DNA of 64,000 nucleotides from Escherichia coli (GTDB lineage Bacteria; Pseudomonadota; Gammaproteobacteria; Enterobacterales; Enterobacteriaceae): NCBI RefSeq assembly GCF_013315695.1, contig NZ_CP054353.1; one strand, 5' to 3'. Shown piece by piece: positions 1 to 12,313 of this stretch (position 1 is its first letter; each line of letters starts with the position of its first letter). The notes under the pieces were generated by a model. It saw only the letters and a program-made list of their open reading frames with translations, ran no database searches and was not told where the DNA came from. The position numbers and the translations under genes were made by a program.

Positions 1-251
1 TTAATCAGCGGCTTACTGCCTTCCACCGGACGGATCACGGGGTGGCTGGTATAGGACGCTACCGCCTGTAGCTGGTGATAAAGATCCTGAATGGTGTTTG
101 GCGCATGCTCCCCGTCAATCAGCAACCAGTCATAACCGGAAGTGGCGGCAATTTCTGCCATATAGGCAGTCGTTGAGCTTAACCACAGACCAATTTGCAC
201 TTCGCCCTTGCGTAAACGTTCTTTAAAGGAATTGCTTAATAATGCGTTCAT
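1..251 (-). CDS. rhmA: 2-keto-3-deoxy-L-rhamnonate aldolase (HpcH/HpaI family), N-terminal 83 codons only; gene runs off the window start
   Basis: ATG at 249-251 on minus strand; translation [26 protein letters not shown]... matches RhmA N-terminus; last gene of rhmRDTA order. Confidence 0.8.
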   Translation of the reverse strand, partial: MNALLSNSFKERLRKGEVQIGLWLSSTTAYMAEIAATSGYDWLLIDGEHAPNTIQDLYHQLQAVASYTSHPVIRPVEGSKPLI

Positions 252-268
252 GGTGTTCCTTAACCTAT

Positions 269-1558
269 TTAATGATGTGCCACGTCGGTCTGCGCAACAG
301 TGCGATTTACACGCAGAGTGAAAATAATCAGCGAACCGATGACCGCCACCGCTGCCAGCGTCAGTAATCCCGCCGCATCGCTGGAAAATAACGTTTCTGC
401 TTTCACGCGCAGGATCGGGGCAATAAACCCGCCCACTGCACCAAACAGGTTTACAAAACCAATCCCCGCAGCCAGCGCCGTACCGGAAAGCAGTTGTGTC
501 GGCATCGTCCAGAACACCGGCTGCACGGCAATAAACCCGATGGCTGCAACACACAGCGCTACGATCGCCAGTACTGGAGAAAGCAGCCCGGAGAGACCAA
601 TACCAATGCCCGCCGCCAGTAATGTCAGCGCCGCGACATTACGCCGTTCGCCGGTTTTATCGGAATAGCGCGGAATAAGCCAGGTCCCAAACAAGGCCGC
701 GACCCACGGAATGGCGGTGACCACCGACGCCGTAAAGCCCACTTTTGTCCCCAACAATGCAGCAACCTGGGTCGGCAGGAAGAAAATTAATCCGTAAACC
801 GCCACCTGAATGGTCAGGTAGATAATCGCCAGTTGCCAGACTCGGCCATTACGCAGCGCATCGCTCAGTCGAGAAGTCACTTTCTGTTGTTCTTCACTTG
901 CCAGTTGATTGATAAGCAACGTTTTTTCTTGTTTACTCAGAAAACGTGCCTGCTCCGGTGTGTCATCAAGCCAAAAGAATGTGAATACCCCAGCGCCGAC
1001 TGCCAGCAATCCTTCAATCACAAACATCCAGAACCAGCCGGGATGCCCCATAAATCCATGCATCTCCAGCAGCGCGCCGGAAAGCGGTGATCCCAGTGTT
1101 AACGCCAGCGGTGCGCCCATATAGAACAGCCCCATAATGCTGGCGCGATTACGCTGCGGAAACCATTGCGAGGTGAGATAAATCATACCAGGGAAGAACC
1201 CGGCCTCCGCAGCACCAAGCAGAGTGCGAACGATCAGAAATTTCGCTTCAGTATCGGCCCATGCCATGGCTGCCGAAAGAAATCCCCACAGCAGTGTTGT
1301 CGTACCAATCCAGGTTCTTGCCCCCAGTTTGCGCATCAAAAGATTCGCCGGAACCCCCAGAAACGCATATACCACAAAGAAAATGCCTGCTCCCAGCGCA
1401 TAAGCTTCATTACTCAGCCCGGTATCAATCTGGTAGGTCTGTTTGGCAAAACCGATATTCGAACGGTCGAGAAACGCCAGCACATACAGCGCCAACATAA
1501 ACGGAATTAAACGCGCGCGGTTTTTCTTCACCACGGCGTCAAGCAAAGCGGTGCTCAT
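269..1558 (-). CDS. rhmT: MFS transporter, L-rhamnonate transporter
   Basis: Track ORF 269..1597 (GTG start); an in-frame ATG at 1556-1558 is preceded by AAGGAG and gives a 429-aa product [20 protein letters not shown]...; multi-TM MFS-like sequence. Confidence 0.85.
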   Translation of the reverse strand: MSTALLDAVVKKNRARLIPFMLALYVLAFLDRSNIGFAKQTYQIDTGLSNEAYALGAGIFFVVYAFLGVPANLLMRKLGARTWIGTTTLLWGFLSAAMAWADTEAKFLIVRTLLGAAEAGFFPGMIYLTSQWFPQRNRASIMGLFYMGAPLALTLGSPLSGALLEMHGFMGHPGWFWMFVIEGLLAVGAGVFTFFWLDDTPEQARFLSKQEKTLLINQLASEEQQKVTSRLSDALRNGRVWQLAIIYLTIQVAVYGLIFFLPTQVAALLGTKVGFTASVVTAIPWVAALFGTWLIPRYSDKTGERRNVAALTLLAAGIGIGLSGLLSPVLAIVALCVAAIGFIAVQPVFWTMPTQLLSGTALAAGIGFVNLFGAVGGFIAPILRVKAETLFSSDAAGLLTLAAVAVIGSLIIFTLRVNRTVAQTDVAHH

Positions 1559-1614
1559 AAAAAGCTCCTTAGAATATGTGGGCGTTACCGTTGTCACAGC
1601 AACGCCCGGAGTGA

Positions 1615-2820
1615 TTAGTGGCTGTAGGGGCGTTTCAAATTGCAGTCACGATTGAGTTCGACGCCGAAACCGGGTTTATCAAGCACTGATTTATGAATAC
1701 GACCATTCACCGGAACCGGCTCATTAAGCAGAATCGGATCAAATTGCGGACGCATCGTTGAACAATCCGGGCTGGTCATCAGGAATTCACTGAATGGCGT
1801 ATTGGTGAAGGTGATCACCGCATGGTGGGAGTAAACAGACGAACCGTGCGGCACCACCAGTTGCCCCCTGGATTTGGCGATTGCGGCAATTTCCACCAGC
1901 GTGGTTAAGCCACCGCACCAGCCAACATCCGGCTGCATGATGTCGATACCGGTTTCAGAAAGCGTACGAAAAGATTGCAGTGTGCCGTGGTGCTCACCAC
2001 TGGTGACCATCATCCCCGCTGGCGCGTTGCGTTTCAGTTCGCGATAACCTTCATACTGCTGTGGCGGCAGGCACTCTTCGATCCATTTCAGGTTATAGGG
2101 CGCGCAAGCGTGGGCCAGTTTGGTGGCATAGTTCACGTCCTGACTCATCCAGCAGTCGAGCATTAACCAGAAATCCTCACCGCATTTTTCACGCATATCC
2201 GCGACCATAGCGGCATCTTTGCGGATCCCCGCATCGCCATCATGTGGCCCCCAGTGCGTCGGCATTTTGCCACCGATAAAGCCCATCTCTTTTGCCAGAT
2301 CCGGACGCGCACCTGTGGCGTAGAACTGAATCTCATCACGAACTGCGCCGCCTAAAAGTTTATAAACCGGAAGCCCGACCACTTTGCCGAACAGATCCCA
2401 CAGAGCCAGATCGACACAGGAAATCGTGTTCATCACCAGGCCACCAGAGCCGGAGTAATACAGGGTGGCATTGAGCATTTGATCGTGGATCAGTTTGATA
2501 TCACTGACACATTTACCCTCAATGAAACGGTTAAGGTGTTTTTCGACAATAAAACAGCCCATTTCACCGGCTGTCGAAACAGCGAATCCGGTCTGGCCGT
2601 TTTCTGCTTCGACTTCAACAATCAACGTGCCAAGAACGTTAATGCCAAATGACTGGCGTGACTGCTCATAATCGCGGTATTTACTCATCGGGGTGGCAAT
2701 ATGATCGTCAATCCAGTGATTCGCCCCCTGGTCGTGATAATCACCACCGCCAGCGCCTTTTTCTGCTGTCGCACCGCCAGTAAACCAGGCGCGAACCTGT
2801 TTGATTTTTGGTAGGGTCAT
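1615..2820 (-). CDS. rhmD: L-rhamnonate dehydratase (enolase superfamily)
   Basis: Track ORF 1615..2832 (405 aa); the internal ATG at 2818-2820 has GGAG 6 nt upstream and gives 401 aa starting [13 protein letters not shown]; mandelate racemase/enolase-like sequence. Confidence 0.85.
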   Translation of the reverse strand: MTLPKIKQVRAWFTGGATAEKGAGGGDYHDQGANHWIDDHIATPMSKYRDYEQSRQSFGINVLGTLIVEVEAENGQTGFAVSTAGEMGCFIVEKHLNRFIEGKCVSDIKLIHDQMLNATLYYSGSGGLVMNTISCVDLALWDLFGKVVGLPVYKLLGGAVRDEIQFYATGARPDLAKEMGFIGGKMPTHWGPHDGDAGIRKDAAMVADMREKCGEDFWLMLDCWMSQDVNYATKLAHACAPYNLKWIEECLPPQQYEGYRELKRNAPAGMMVTSGEHHGTLQSFRTLSETGIDIMQPDVGWCGGLTTLVEIAAIAKSRGQLVVPHGSSVYSHHAVITFTNTPFSEFLMTSPDCSTMRPQFDPILLNEPVPVNGRIHKSVLDKPGFGVELNRDCNLKRPYSH

Positions 2821-2834
2821 GCTGTTCTCCATTG

Positions 2835-3617
2835 TTATGAGGCCTGTAAGTCAAAGGGACTTTTCCATCCCAACAGACGTGAAATATCCCTGGCGCAGGC
2901 AATGGCCTTGCCCGCCAGATAATCACGGTATTCTTCATTGATTTGTAAGCGGGTACCGACCACCGAGATCGCAGCGGTAAGCTCGTTATTGGCGTTAAAA
3001 ACCGGCGCAGCGACACAACGGACATCGGCGTAATCTTCGCCGTTGTCATAGCTCCAGCCCTGACGGCGAATACGCGCCAGTTCTTCGTGAAGTTGCTGTG
3101 GATGAGTAATCGTTGTGGGTGTCGCCTGCTCCCAGATCAGCCCTTCGATAATACTTTGCTGTACAGCTGCAGGTTGCCAGGCAAGCAGGCATTTACCTAT
3201 TCCGGAGCGATAAAGCGAAAGGCTTTTTCCTTCATGGGAACGCACGCTGATAGTGGCTGATGACTCCACTTTCAAAATGTAATAAGCACTACCGTTATCG
3301 ATGATCCCAAGGTGGCATAACAGCCCGGTGGTATCCATCAGTTGCGTCAAACGCGGTCGAGCCAGTTCCCGGAGATCCATCTTGCTTAACGCATGACCGG
3401 AAAGCTCCACCAGCCTGGTCCACAAACAAAAATTTTCCTGGTGATCAAGGCTAAGAAAACGCTGACGCCTGAGTTCATTAAGCAGCAAATAGGCCGTGCT
3501 TTTAGGGATCCCCAATGTGTCAATGATCGTCGCAGCACTACAGGGGCCAATGCGGGCAATCAAATTGAGAATATCAATAGCCCGTGTCAGGGCGGGAACT
3601 TTGCTTGATTCCAACAT
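2835..3617 (-). CDS. rhmR: IclR-family transcriptional regulator of the rhm operon
   Basis: 260-aa ORF with ATG start; N-terminal HTH and IclR-type effector domain; immediately upstream of rhmD on the same strand. Confidence 0.85.
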   Translation of the reverse strand: MLESSKVPALTRAIDILNLIARIGPCSAATIIDTLGIPKSTAYLLLNELRRQRFLSLDHQENFCLWTRLVELSGHALSKMDLRELARPRLTQLMDTTGLLCHLGIIDNGSAYYILKVESSATISVRSHEGKSLSLYRSGIGKCLLAWQPAAVQQSIIEGLIWEQATPTTITHPQQLHEELARIRRQGWSYDNGEDYADVRCVAAPVFNANNELTAAISVVGTRLQINEEYRDYLAGKAIACARDISRLLGWKSPFDLQAS

Positions 3618-3836
3618 ACTGGACTCCAGTCTTAGATACTGGAATCAGTCTCGTTGCTCAGGGGGAGTAAAATTGTGAAGCGCATCAAATCCCGCTCCTC
3701 GTCCAGCGGACTGGAGAAATTACGCACAAATTTGTGAATCAGCGCACGGATTTTTTCTTATTGAGTACAACAGGTTGGACAAATTTTGCCGGAGGGGGAA
3801 TGCGCCGGTGCAGTAAACCGGCACAGAGTGGCGGAA

Positions 3837-5039
3837 TCAGACAGATAAGGTCATGGACTCAACAACCTCAATCCAGCCATGCTCACTGGCGATGTCCTGG
3901 CCGTTTAACCAACGGCGCAGCATATTCAGTGCCATCATTGCGCACACTTCCTGACGGATAGCCAGGCTGTAGCGTGTAGTGCAGAAACGCACACGCAGAG
4001 CGAAAGTGCCGTCTGGCGTGGCTAGCGCAAAGTTGAGATGCTCGTTCTCGAAACCCGAAACAGCCAGTGCCAGCCCGGCAAAATGGTTGGCCCGCCGTTC
4101 TGTAATCCAGTGCGCAGTTTGCGCCAGGGTTTCTTCCTGTGAAGGAACCACTTCACACGCCAGCAATGGAGCACCTGCGCGAGAAAGTTGCAAAGCCAAT
4201 AAACCGCCGGTGAATTGCTCGCTCAACGTCAGGCTGAACTGGCGGTTTTGCAATTCGCGACTGATCTGCGCGGGCAGTCCTTCGGTGCCTTCGAAAATCA
4301 CGCTCTGTCCGGCAACACGTTTAACGTCCAGCCACAGTTTTTCCATCGCCTGTTGCTCGCTTGCCGGTCCGGTGAGTTTCAGTTCGATGATAGGCATTGA
4401 GGAGCGATAGCCCATTGTTACGCCCGGCGGCAGTTGTAGAGTGTCCAGGCTTTGTGCCAGATCGCTTTCCGAACGACCAAAGGTAGTTAAACGCAGACAA
4501 ACCGGCGGCTGTGGTAAAGAAAAACGCTCGCGCAGGCGCGGCAGGATTTCGTGCTCGACCATCACCTTAAATTCTGACGGTACGCCGGGGGTAAAGAACA
4601 TCAGGCAACGATTGAGCTGCACGGCAAAACCACAGGCGGTGCCTACCGGGTTATTGATAAATTCAGCACTGGCAGGTAGCTCCGCTTGTTTACGGTTGCT
4701 CGGTGCCATTACTCGTCCACGTTCGTGGAAATAGCGTTCCATCTCTTTGAGCCAGGCTTCATGCAACACCAGGCCTTCACCTTTTGCTGTCGCAGCGGCG
4801 AGTGCGCTTAAATCATCACTGGTCGGCCCCAGCCCGCCGTTAACGATCAGCACATCGGCGTGCTGACTACGTTCGCGAAGAATGGTGACTAAGTCATCAA
4901 GGTTATCCCCCACCGTATTGCGGCGAGATAATGGCAACCCCTGGTGAAAGAAAAAATCGGCCAGCCAGGCAGCGTTAGTGTCAACGATTTGCCCGTGTAA
5001 CACTTCATCCCCGGTGGATAACATTTCCACTTTTAACAT
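3837..5039 (-). CDS. yfaY: CinA-like protein (MoCF-binding domain plus C-terminal CinA domain)
   Basis: 400-aa ORF MLKVEMLSTGDEVLHGQIVDTNAAWL..., typical CinA N-terminus. Confidence 0.85.
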   Translation of the reverse strand: MLKVEMLSTGDEVLHGQIVDTNAAWLADFFFHQGLPLSRRNTVGDNLDDLVTILRERSQHADVLIVNGGLGPTSDDLSALAAATAKGEGLVLHEAWLKEMERYFHERGRVMAPSNRKQAELPASAEFINNPVGTACGFAVQLNRCLMFFTPGVPSEFKVMVEHEILPRLRERFSLPQPPVCLRLTTFGRSESDLAQSLDTLQLPPGVTMGYRSSMPIIELKLTGPASEQQAMEKLWLDVKRVAGQSVIFEGTEGLPAQISRELQNRQFSLTLSEQFTGGLLALQLSRAGAPLLACEVVPSQEETLAQTAHWITERRANHFAGLALAVSGFENEHLNFALATPDGTFALRVRFCTTRYSLAIRQEVCAMMALNMLRRWLNGQDIASEHGWIEVVESMTLSV

Positions 5040-5138
5040 GGTTATCTCCTGCTTTTGTTATCGAATCACTATAACGCAAAGGGAGATAAGGCGTAGTAAG
5101 AAACTGAATGGCGCGGCAGAATGCCGCGCCGGAAGGGA

Positions 5139-5681
5139 TCAGAAACTGGCGTTAACCCCCACATACGGGCCGTCAGCCACGGCGTTGTCGCGGTTACCGT
5201 CTTTACCCGACAGATTCAGGTAGCGATAACCCGCCTCAATACTGACTGGACGCATAATGGTGTAACGCGCGCCAGCATTCGCTTCCTCATAGCTTTGAAT
5301 ACCGCTGGAGAGCGAATCCGGGGAGTAATAATACTCGCCAAACAGACGGAAACTGTTGCCAATTTTCCACTGCAAACCACCTCCTACCGCTGCGGCATAA
5401 CCTTCATCGCCGTAATTCGGGTTGGTGTAAACGCCTTTTCCGCCAACGGTCGCCATTAACGGCCCGAGAGGCAGATTCAACCCCAGCCCCACGCCCGCGA
5501 CGTCACCGTCGTCGTCGTTATGTGTCCAGTTACCGCTTAACGCCAGGCCCGTCGATTCAGTCCCAAAACCGACACCAATATTGGTGTATTCTTTACCCGC
5601 CTGACCGCTGATGCTCATTGCATTGACCGATGCAGAAACCAACAGCATTCCGGCCAGACCTGCTAGCGCAATTTTTTTCAT
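5139..5681 (-). CDS. yfaZ: small outer-membrane beta-barrel protein YfaZ
   Basis: 180-aa ORF with N-terminal signal peptide MKKIALAGLAGMLLVSASVNA and C-terminal aromatic residue (..GVNASF). Confidence 0.8.
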   Translation of the reverse strand: MKKIALAGLAGMLLVSASVNAMSISGQAGKEYTNIGVGFGTESTGLALSGNWTHNDDDGDVAGVGLGLNLPLGPLMATVGGKGVYTNPNYGDEGYAAAVGGGLQWKIGNSFRLFGEYYYSPDSLSSGIQSYEEANAGARYTIMRPVSIEAGYRYLNLSGKDGNRDNAVADGPYVGVNASF

Positions 5682-5958
5682 ATCCCCTTTCCCACAAGCA
5701 ATTAATCAAAATTCCCAAAGCTGCGGGATTGTACTGCCTGGCACAGAGGATTCAATGAGCGAAAAAAGGGATCCAGTCACTTATTGTAACTAAATACTTC
5801 TTAAATAATTAAACGCCGAAAAAATAAACACACTTTATCGATACACACAAAAATAATAATAAGTACAGTTATCATCGCAAAAGAGATTACTGTCACTTTC
5901 ACATATTTCTGAGTTACCGTATTCTCATGGTTTCTTTTTATTTATAAGGAATACCCCT

Positions 5959-6384
5959 GTGCGACAACGGACTATTGTATGCCCTTTGATTCAAAATGAT
6001 GGTGCTTATTTGCTGTGTAAAATGGCCGACGATCGCGGCGTTTTCCCCGGTCAATGGGCGCTTTCGGGTGGCGGCGTAGAGCCTGGCGAACGAATTGAAG
6101 AGGCACTACGCCGCGAAATTCGCGAAGAACTGGGAGAACAGCTGCTTTTGACAGAAATCACGCCGTGGACCTTCAGCGATGATATTCGCACCAAGACGTA
6201 TGCAGATGGTCGCAAGGAAGAGATTTATATGATTTACCTGATTTTTGACTGCGTTTCTGCCAACCGAGAAGTGAAAATAAACGAAGAGTTTCAGGACTAC
6301 GCGTGGGTAAAACCTGAAGATCTGGCGCACTATGATTTGAATGTCGCCACCCGAAAAACGTTACGTTTGAAAGGTCTTCTGTAA
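5959..6384 (+). CDS. nudI: Nudix hydrolase (nucleoside triphosphatase NudI)
   Basis: 141-aa ORF (GTG start) containing a Nudix box ([23 protein letters not shown]). Confidence 0.85.
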
Positions 6385-6391
6385 CAATGAT

Positions 6392-6411
6392 GACAGCCAT
6401 TACTGGCTGTC
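6392..6411. terminator. stem-loop between convergent nudI and ais
   Basis: GACAGCC-ATTACT-GGCTGTC inverted repeat directly after the nudI stop. Confidence 0.4.
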
Positions 6412-6422
6412 AGATTGAAAAT

Positions 6423-7025
6423 TTAGTGGTTAACGAATTCCCCATCCAGATAAACTTTGCCTTTTTCCACATGCATGACTAAACCATCCAGATAATCAGG
6501 TTTAAATGTCGCATCACGCTTATCTTTAGCAATATATGTCAGGCAATGATTATGGGTAAAAATAACGATATTTTTATCAGGTGCTTTGCTTTGTAAGTTC
6601 TTAATTGCACTATAAATCTCATTACCGCATTGAAGAAGTCGTTTATCTACCGTCAGCTTTTTACCCGCTGAAAACCAGGTCGCCGACTGAATGGTCCGGA
6701 CGGTATTACTGGAATAAAGATCGAAATCAGGGATATCAGCACTAAAAGCGTTGCCCAGTTCACGGGCATCCTGGGTACCTTTGACCGTAATACCTGTTTT
6801 ATCTGACAAGCATTGATTGGTTGAACGATCGCAACGTTCAGCATGGCGAAACAAAACGACAACCGGATGCTGCTGTGCCAGTCTGGCCAGCGTTTTATTG
6901 TCGATACGTGGCAAACCATTGCTACTCTAGGCGGCATGAGTACCCAGTCCGGCAATTGCAGCGAGCGCCAGTAAAATGATGAAATATTTTTTTGACTTCA
7001 ACGAAGATCGGCAAAAAGCTAACAC
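6423..7025 (-). pseudogene. ais: ais (PmrA-regulated putative LPS core heptose(II)-phosphate phosphatase) interrupted by an in-frame TAG
   Basis: Reading minus strand from GTG at 7023-7025 gives [48 protein letters not shown]... in one frame; the TAG is at 6927-6929 (plus-strand cta); downstream 163-aa ORF (6423..6914) is histidine-phosphatase-like. Confidence 0.7.
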
Positions 7026-7217
7026 GTAAACTCCACCTATAGACAAGCGCAACCAGACAATTACCGTGAAATTGAGCGACATTTCTGGCGATAATTAGCA
7101 GTTGGTGTAATATTAAAAATCCTGCGATGCTGGCAAAATGCCTCAAAATTTTGCCAAATGCAAAGCCTAAATAAGAAAAAATATAAAAATTTCAATATTT
7201 ACGTCTAATATTAGTTT

Positions 7218-7234
7218 CTTAAGGTTAAGTTAAT
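7218..7234 (+). promoter_or_regulatory. putative PmrA (BasR) box upstream of arnB
   Basis: CTTAAG-GTTAA-GTTAAT, two hexamer half-sites with 5-bp spacer, about 80 bp upstream of the arnB ATG in the divergent ais/arnB intergenic region. Confidence 0.5.
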
Positions 7235-7314
7235 ATTCTATCCTTAAAATTTTGCTCCAAATGGCAAAATATACACAACACTCTTTATAGCAAATATAAG
7301 TGGACAGGTATTCA

Positions 7315-8472
7315 ATGGCGGAAGGAAAAGCAATGTCAGAATTTTTGCCTTTTTCGCGACCAGCAATGGGCGTGGAGGAACTCGCTGCAGTTAAAGAGGT
7401 TCTCGAATCCGGTTGGATCACAACCGGTCCGAAGAATCAGGCGCTTGAACAAGCCTTTTGCCAGTTGACGGGAAATCAGCATGCCATCGCGGTCAGTTCA
7501 GCCACCGCCGGAATGCATATCACGCTAATGGCGTTGGAAATTGGCAAGGGCGATGAAGTGATTACGCCTTCCCTGACCTGGGTTTCAACCCTCAATATGA
7601 TCTCCTTGTTGGGTGCAACGCCGGTAATGGTGGATGTCGACCGCGATACGCTGATGGTCACGCCTGAAGCGATCGAGTCAGCCATTACGCCACGCACTAA
7701 AGCCATCATTCCGGTGCATTATGCCGGTGCGCCAGCAGATATTGACGCCATTCGCGCCATTGGCGAACGTTACGGCATCGCAGTTATCGAAGATGCTGCC
7801 CATGCCGTCGGTACGTATTACAAAGGGCGACATATTGGCGCAAAAGGTGCCGCTATTTTTTCATTTCATGCCATTAAAAATATTACCTGTGCTGAAGGTG
7901 GCCTGATTGTAACTGATAATGAAAACCTTGCCCGCCAGCTACGGATGCTGAAATTTCACGGTCTGGGTGTCGATGCCTATGACAGACAAACCTGGGGCCG
8001 TGCACCGCAAGCTGAAGTCTTAACACCGGGCTATAAGTACAATCTGACCGATATTAACGCCGCGATTGCCCTGACACAGTTAGCAAAATTAGAGCACCTC
8101 AACACCCGTCGGCGCGAAATTGCCCAGCAATATCAGCAAGCACTGGCAGCTCTCCCCTTTCAGCCATTAAGCCTTCCCGCCTGGCCGCACGTTCACGCCT
8201 GGCATCTGTTTATTATTCGTGTCGATGAACAACGTTGTGGTATCAGTCGCGATGCGTTGATGGAAGCGTTAAAAGAAAGAGGTATTGGTACCGGGTTACA
8301 TTTCCGCGCCGCTCACACACAAAAATATTATCGCGAGCGTTTTCCCACGCTGTCGTTACCGAATACCGAATGGAATAGCGAACGCATCTGTTCGTTGCCG
8401 CTGTTCCCGGATATGACCACCGCCGATGCCGACCGCGTCATCACAGCCCTTCAGCAACTCGCAGGACAATAA
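7315..8472 (+). CDS. arnB: UDP-4-amino-4-deoxy-L-arabinose--oxoglutarate aminotransferase
   Basis: Track ORF starts at GTG 7300; ATG at 7315 gives 385 aa [19 protein letters not shown]...; DegT/AHBA-synthase-like PLP aminotransferase. Confidence 0.9.
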   Translation: MAEGKAMSEFLPFSRPAMGVEELAAVKEVLESGWITTGPKNQALEQAFCQLTGNQHAIAVSSATAGMHITLMALEIGKGDEVITPSLTWVSTLNMISLLGATPVMVDVDRDTLMVTPEAIESAITPRTKAIIPVHYAGAPADIDAIRAIGERYGIAVIEDAAHAVGTYYKGRHIGAKGAAIFSFHAIKNITCAEGGLIVTDNENLARQLRMLKFHGLGVDAYDRQTWGRAPQAEVLTPGYKYNLTDINAAIALTQLAKLEHLNTRRREIAQQYQQALAALPFQPLSLPAWPHVHAWHLFIIRVDEQRCGISRDALMEALKERGIGTGLHFRAAHTQKYYRERFPTLSLPNTEWNSERICSLPLFPDMTTADADRVITALQQLAGQ

Positions 8473-9443
<971 letters not shown>

Positions 9444-9444
<1 letters not shown>

Positions 9445-11426
9445 TGAAAACCGTCGTTTTTGCCTACCACGATATGGGATGCCTCGGTATTGAAGCCCTG
9501 CTGGCTGCCGGTTACGAAATTAGCGCCATTTTTACCCATACTGATAATCCCGGTGAAAAAGCCTTTTATGGTTCGGTTGCCCGACTGGCAGCGGAAAGAG
9601 GCATTCCGGTTTACGCGCCGGATAACGTTAATCATCCACTATGGGTGGAGCGCATTGCCCAACTGTCACCAGAGGTGATTTTCTCGTTTTATTATCGCCA
9701 TCTTATTCACGACAAGATTTTGCAGCTCGCTCCTGCAGGCGCATTTAATCTGCATGGTTCACTGTTACCAAAATATCGTGGTCGCGCGCCGCTGAACTGG
9801 GTGCTGGTGAACGGTGAAACGGAAACTGGCGTGACATTGCACCGAATGGTGAAACGTGCCGATGCCGGGGCCATTGTGGCGCAACTGCGCATTGCCATTG
9901 CGCCAGACGATATCGCCATTACGCTGCATCATAAGTTATGTCATGCCGCGCGCCAGCTACTGGAGCAGACATTACCCGCCATTAAACACGGTAATATTCT
10001 GGAAATCGCCCAGCGCGAAAACGAAGCCACCTGTTTTGGTCGCAGAACACCGGAAGACAGTTTCCTCGAATGGCATAAACCGGCATCCGTGCTGCACAAC
10101 ATGGTGCGTGCCGTTGCCGATCCGTGGCCGGGTGCCTTCAGCTATGTTGGTAATCAGAAATTTACCGTCTGGTCGTCACGCGTGCATTCTCATGCGCCCG
10201 CAGCACAACCGGGGAGCGTGATTTCTGTTGCGCCACTGCTGATTGCCTGTGGCGATGGCGCGCTGGAAATCGTCACTGGACAGGCGGGCGACGGCATTAC
10301 TATGCAGGGCTCGCAATTAGCGCAGACGCTGGGCCTGGTGCAAGGTTCACGCTTGAATAGCCAGCCTGCCTGTGCCGCCCGACGCCGTACCCGGGTACTC
10401 ATCCTCGGGGTGAATGGCTTTATTGGCAACCATCTGACAGAACGCCTGCTGCGCGAAGATCATTATGAAGTTTACGGTCTGGATATTGGCAGCGATGCGA
10501 TAAGCCGTTTTCTGAATCATCCGCATTTTCACTTTGTCGAAGGCGATATCAGTATTCATTCCGAATGGATTGAGTATCACGTCAAAAAATGTGATGTCGT
10601 GTTGCCGCTGGTGGCGATAGCCACGCCGATTGAATATACCCGCAACCCGCTGCGCGTATTTGAACTCGATTTCGAAGAGAATCTGCGCATTATCCGCTAC
10701 TGCGTGAAGTACCGTAAGCGAATCATCTTCCCGTCGACTTCAGAAGTTTATGGGATGTGTAGCGATAAATACTTCGATGAGGACCATTCTAATTTAATCG
10801 TCGGCCCGGTGAATAAACCACGCTGGATTTATTCGGTGTCTAAACAATTACTTGATCGAGTGATCTGGGCCTATGGCGAAAAAGAAGGTTTACAGTTCAC
10901 CCTCTTCCGCCCGTTTAACTGGATGGGGCCACGACTGGATAACCTTAATGCAGCGCGAATTGGCAGCTCCCGCGCTATTACGCAACTCATTCTCAATCTG
11001 GTAGAAGGTTCACCGATTAAGCTGATTGATGGCGGAAAACAAAAACGCTGCTTTACTGATATTCGGGATGGTATCGAGGCGTTATACCGCATTATCGAAA
11101 ATGCGGGAAATCGCTGCGATGGCGAAATTATCAACATTGGCAATCCTGAGAACGAAGCGAGCATTGAAGAACTGGGGGAGATGCTGCTGGCGAGCTTCGA
11201 AAAACATCCGCTGCGCCATTACTTCCCACCGTTTGCGGGCTTTCGTGTTGTCGAAAGTAGCAGCTACTACGGCAAAGGATATCAGGACGTAGAGCATCGT
11301 AAACCGAGCATCCGCAATGCCCGCCGCTGCCTGGACTGGGAACCCAAAATTGATATGCAGGAAACCATCGACGAAACGCTGGATTTCTTCCTGCGCACCG
11401 TTGATCTTACGGATAAACCATCATGA
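9444..11426 (+). CDS. arnA: bifunctional UDP-glucuronic acid decarboxylase / UDP-L-Ara4N formyltransferase
   Basis: 660-aa ORF; N-terminal formyltransferase domain and C-terminal SDR domain ([10 protein letters not shown]); start overlaps arnC stop by 1 nt. Confidence 0.9.
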
Positions 11427-12313
11427 CCAAAGTAGGCTTACGCATTGATGTCGATACCTTTCGTGGCACCCGTGAAGGCGTGCCGCGTCTGCTGGAAATC
11501 TTGAGTAAGCATAATATTCAGGCCAGCATTTTTTTCAGCGTCGGCCCGGACAATATGGGCCGCCATCTCTGGCGACTGGTGAAACCACAGTTTTTGTGGA
11601 AGATGCTGCGCTCAAACGCGGCATCGCTTTATGGCTGGGATATTTTACTGGCAGGTACGGCCTGGCCAGGTAAAGAGATTGGTCATGCCAATGCCGATAT
11701 CATTCGTGAAGCAGCTAAACATCACGAAGTCGGCCTGCACGCCTGGGATCACCATGCCTGGCAAGCCCATAGCGGTAACTGGGATCGGCAAACAATGATC
11801 GACGATATTGCACGCGGCCTTCGCACCCTGGAAGAGATTATAGGTCAACCGGTAACCTGTTCTGCCGCTGCTGGCTGGCGTGCTGACCAACAGGTGATCG
11901 AAGCAAAAGAAGCGTTCCATTTGCGCTACAACAGCGATTGTCGTGGGGCGATGCCGTTTCGTCCATTGCTCGAATCAGGAAACCCTGGCACTGCGCAAAT
12001 TCCGGTGACCTTACCCACCTGGGATGAAGTGATTGGTCGGGATGTGAAAGCAGAAGATTTTAACGGTTGGTTACTCAACCGCATCCTGCGAGATAAAGGC
12101 ACGCCGGTTTATACCATTCATGCAGAAGTTGAAGGCTGCGCTTATCAGCATAATTTTGTGGATCTCCTGAAACGCGCAGCTCAGGAAGGCGTGACATTTT
12201 GCCCTTTAAGCGAACTGTTATCAGGGATGTTGCCGCTCGGACAAGTTGTTCGCGGAAATATTGCCGGACGTGAAGGCTGGCTGGGTTGCCAACAAATTGC
12301 GGGTAGTCGCTGA
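11423..12313 (+). CDS. arnD: 4-deoxy-4-formamido-L-arabinose-phosphoundecaprenol deformylase
   Basis: 296-aa ORF, polysaccharide-deacetylase-like; ATGA overlap with arnA. Confidence 0.9.
   Translation: MTKVGLRIDVDTFRGTREGVPRLLEILSKHNIQASIFFSVGPDNMGRHLWRLVKPQFLWKMLRSNAASLYGWDILLAGTAWPGKEIGHANADIIREAAKHHEVGLHAWDHHAWQAHSGNWDRQTMIDDIARGLRTLEEIIGQPVTCSAAAGWRADQQVIEAKEAFHLRYNSDCRGAMPFRPLLESGNPGTAQIPVTLPTWDEVIGRDVKAEDFNGWLLNRILRDKGTPVYTIHAEVEGCAYQHNFVDLLKRAAQEGVTFCPLSELLSGMLPLGQVVRGNIAGREGWLGCQQIAGSR

Noticed and set aside
6653-6955. 100-aa minus-strand ORF overlapping ais in a different frame
   Set aside because: Out of frame with the ais signal peptide and phosphatase body; no features of a real protein.
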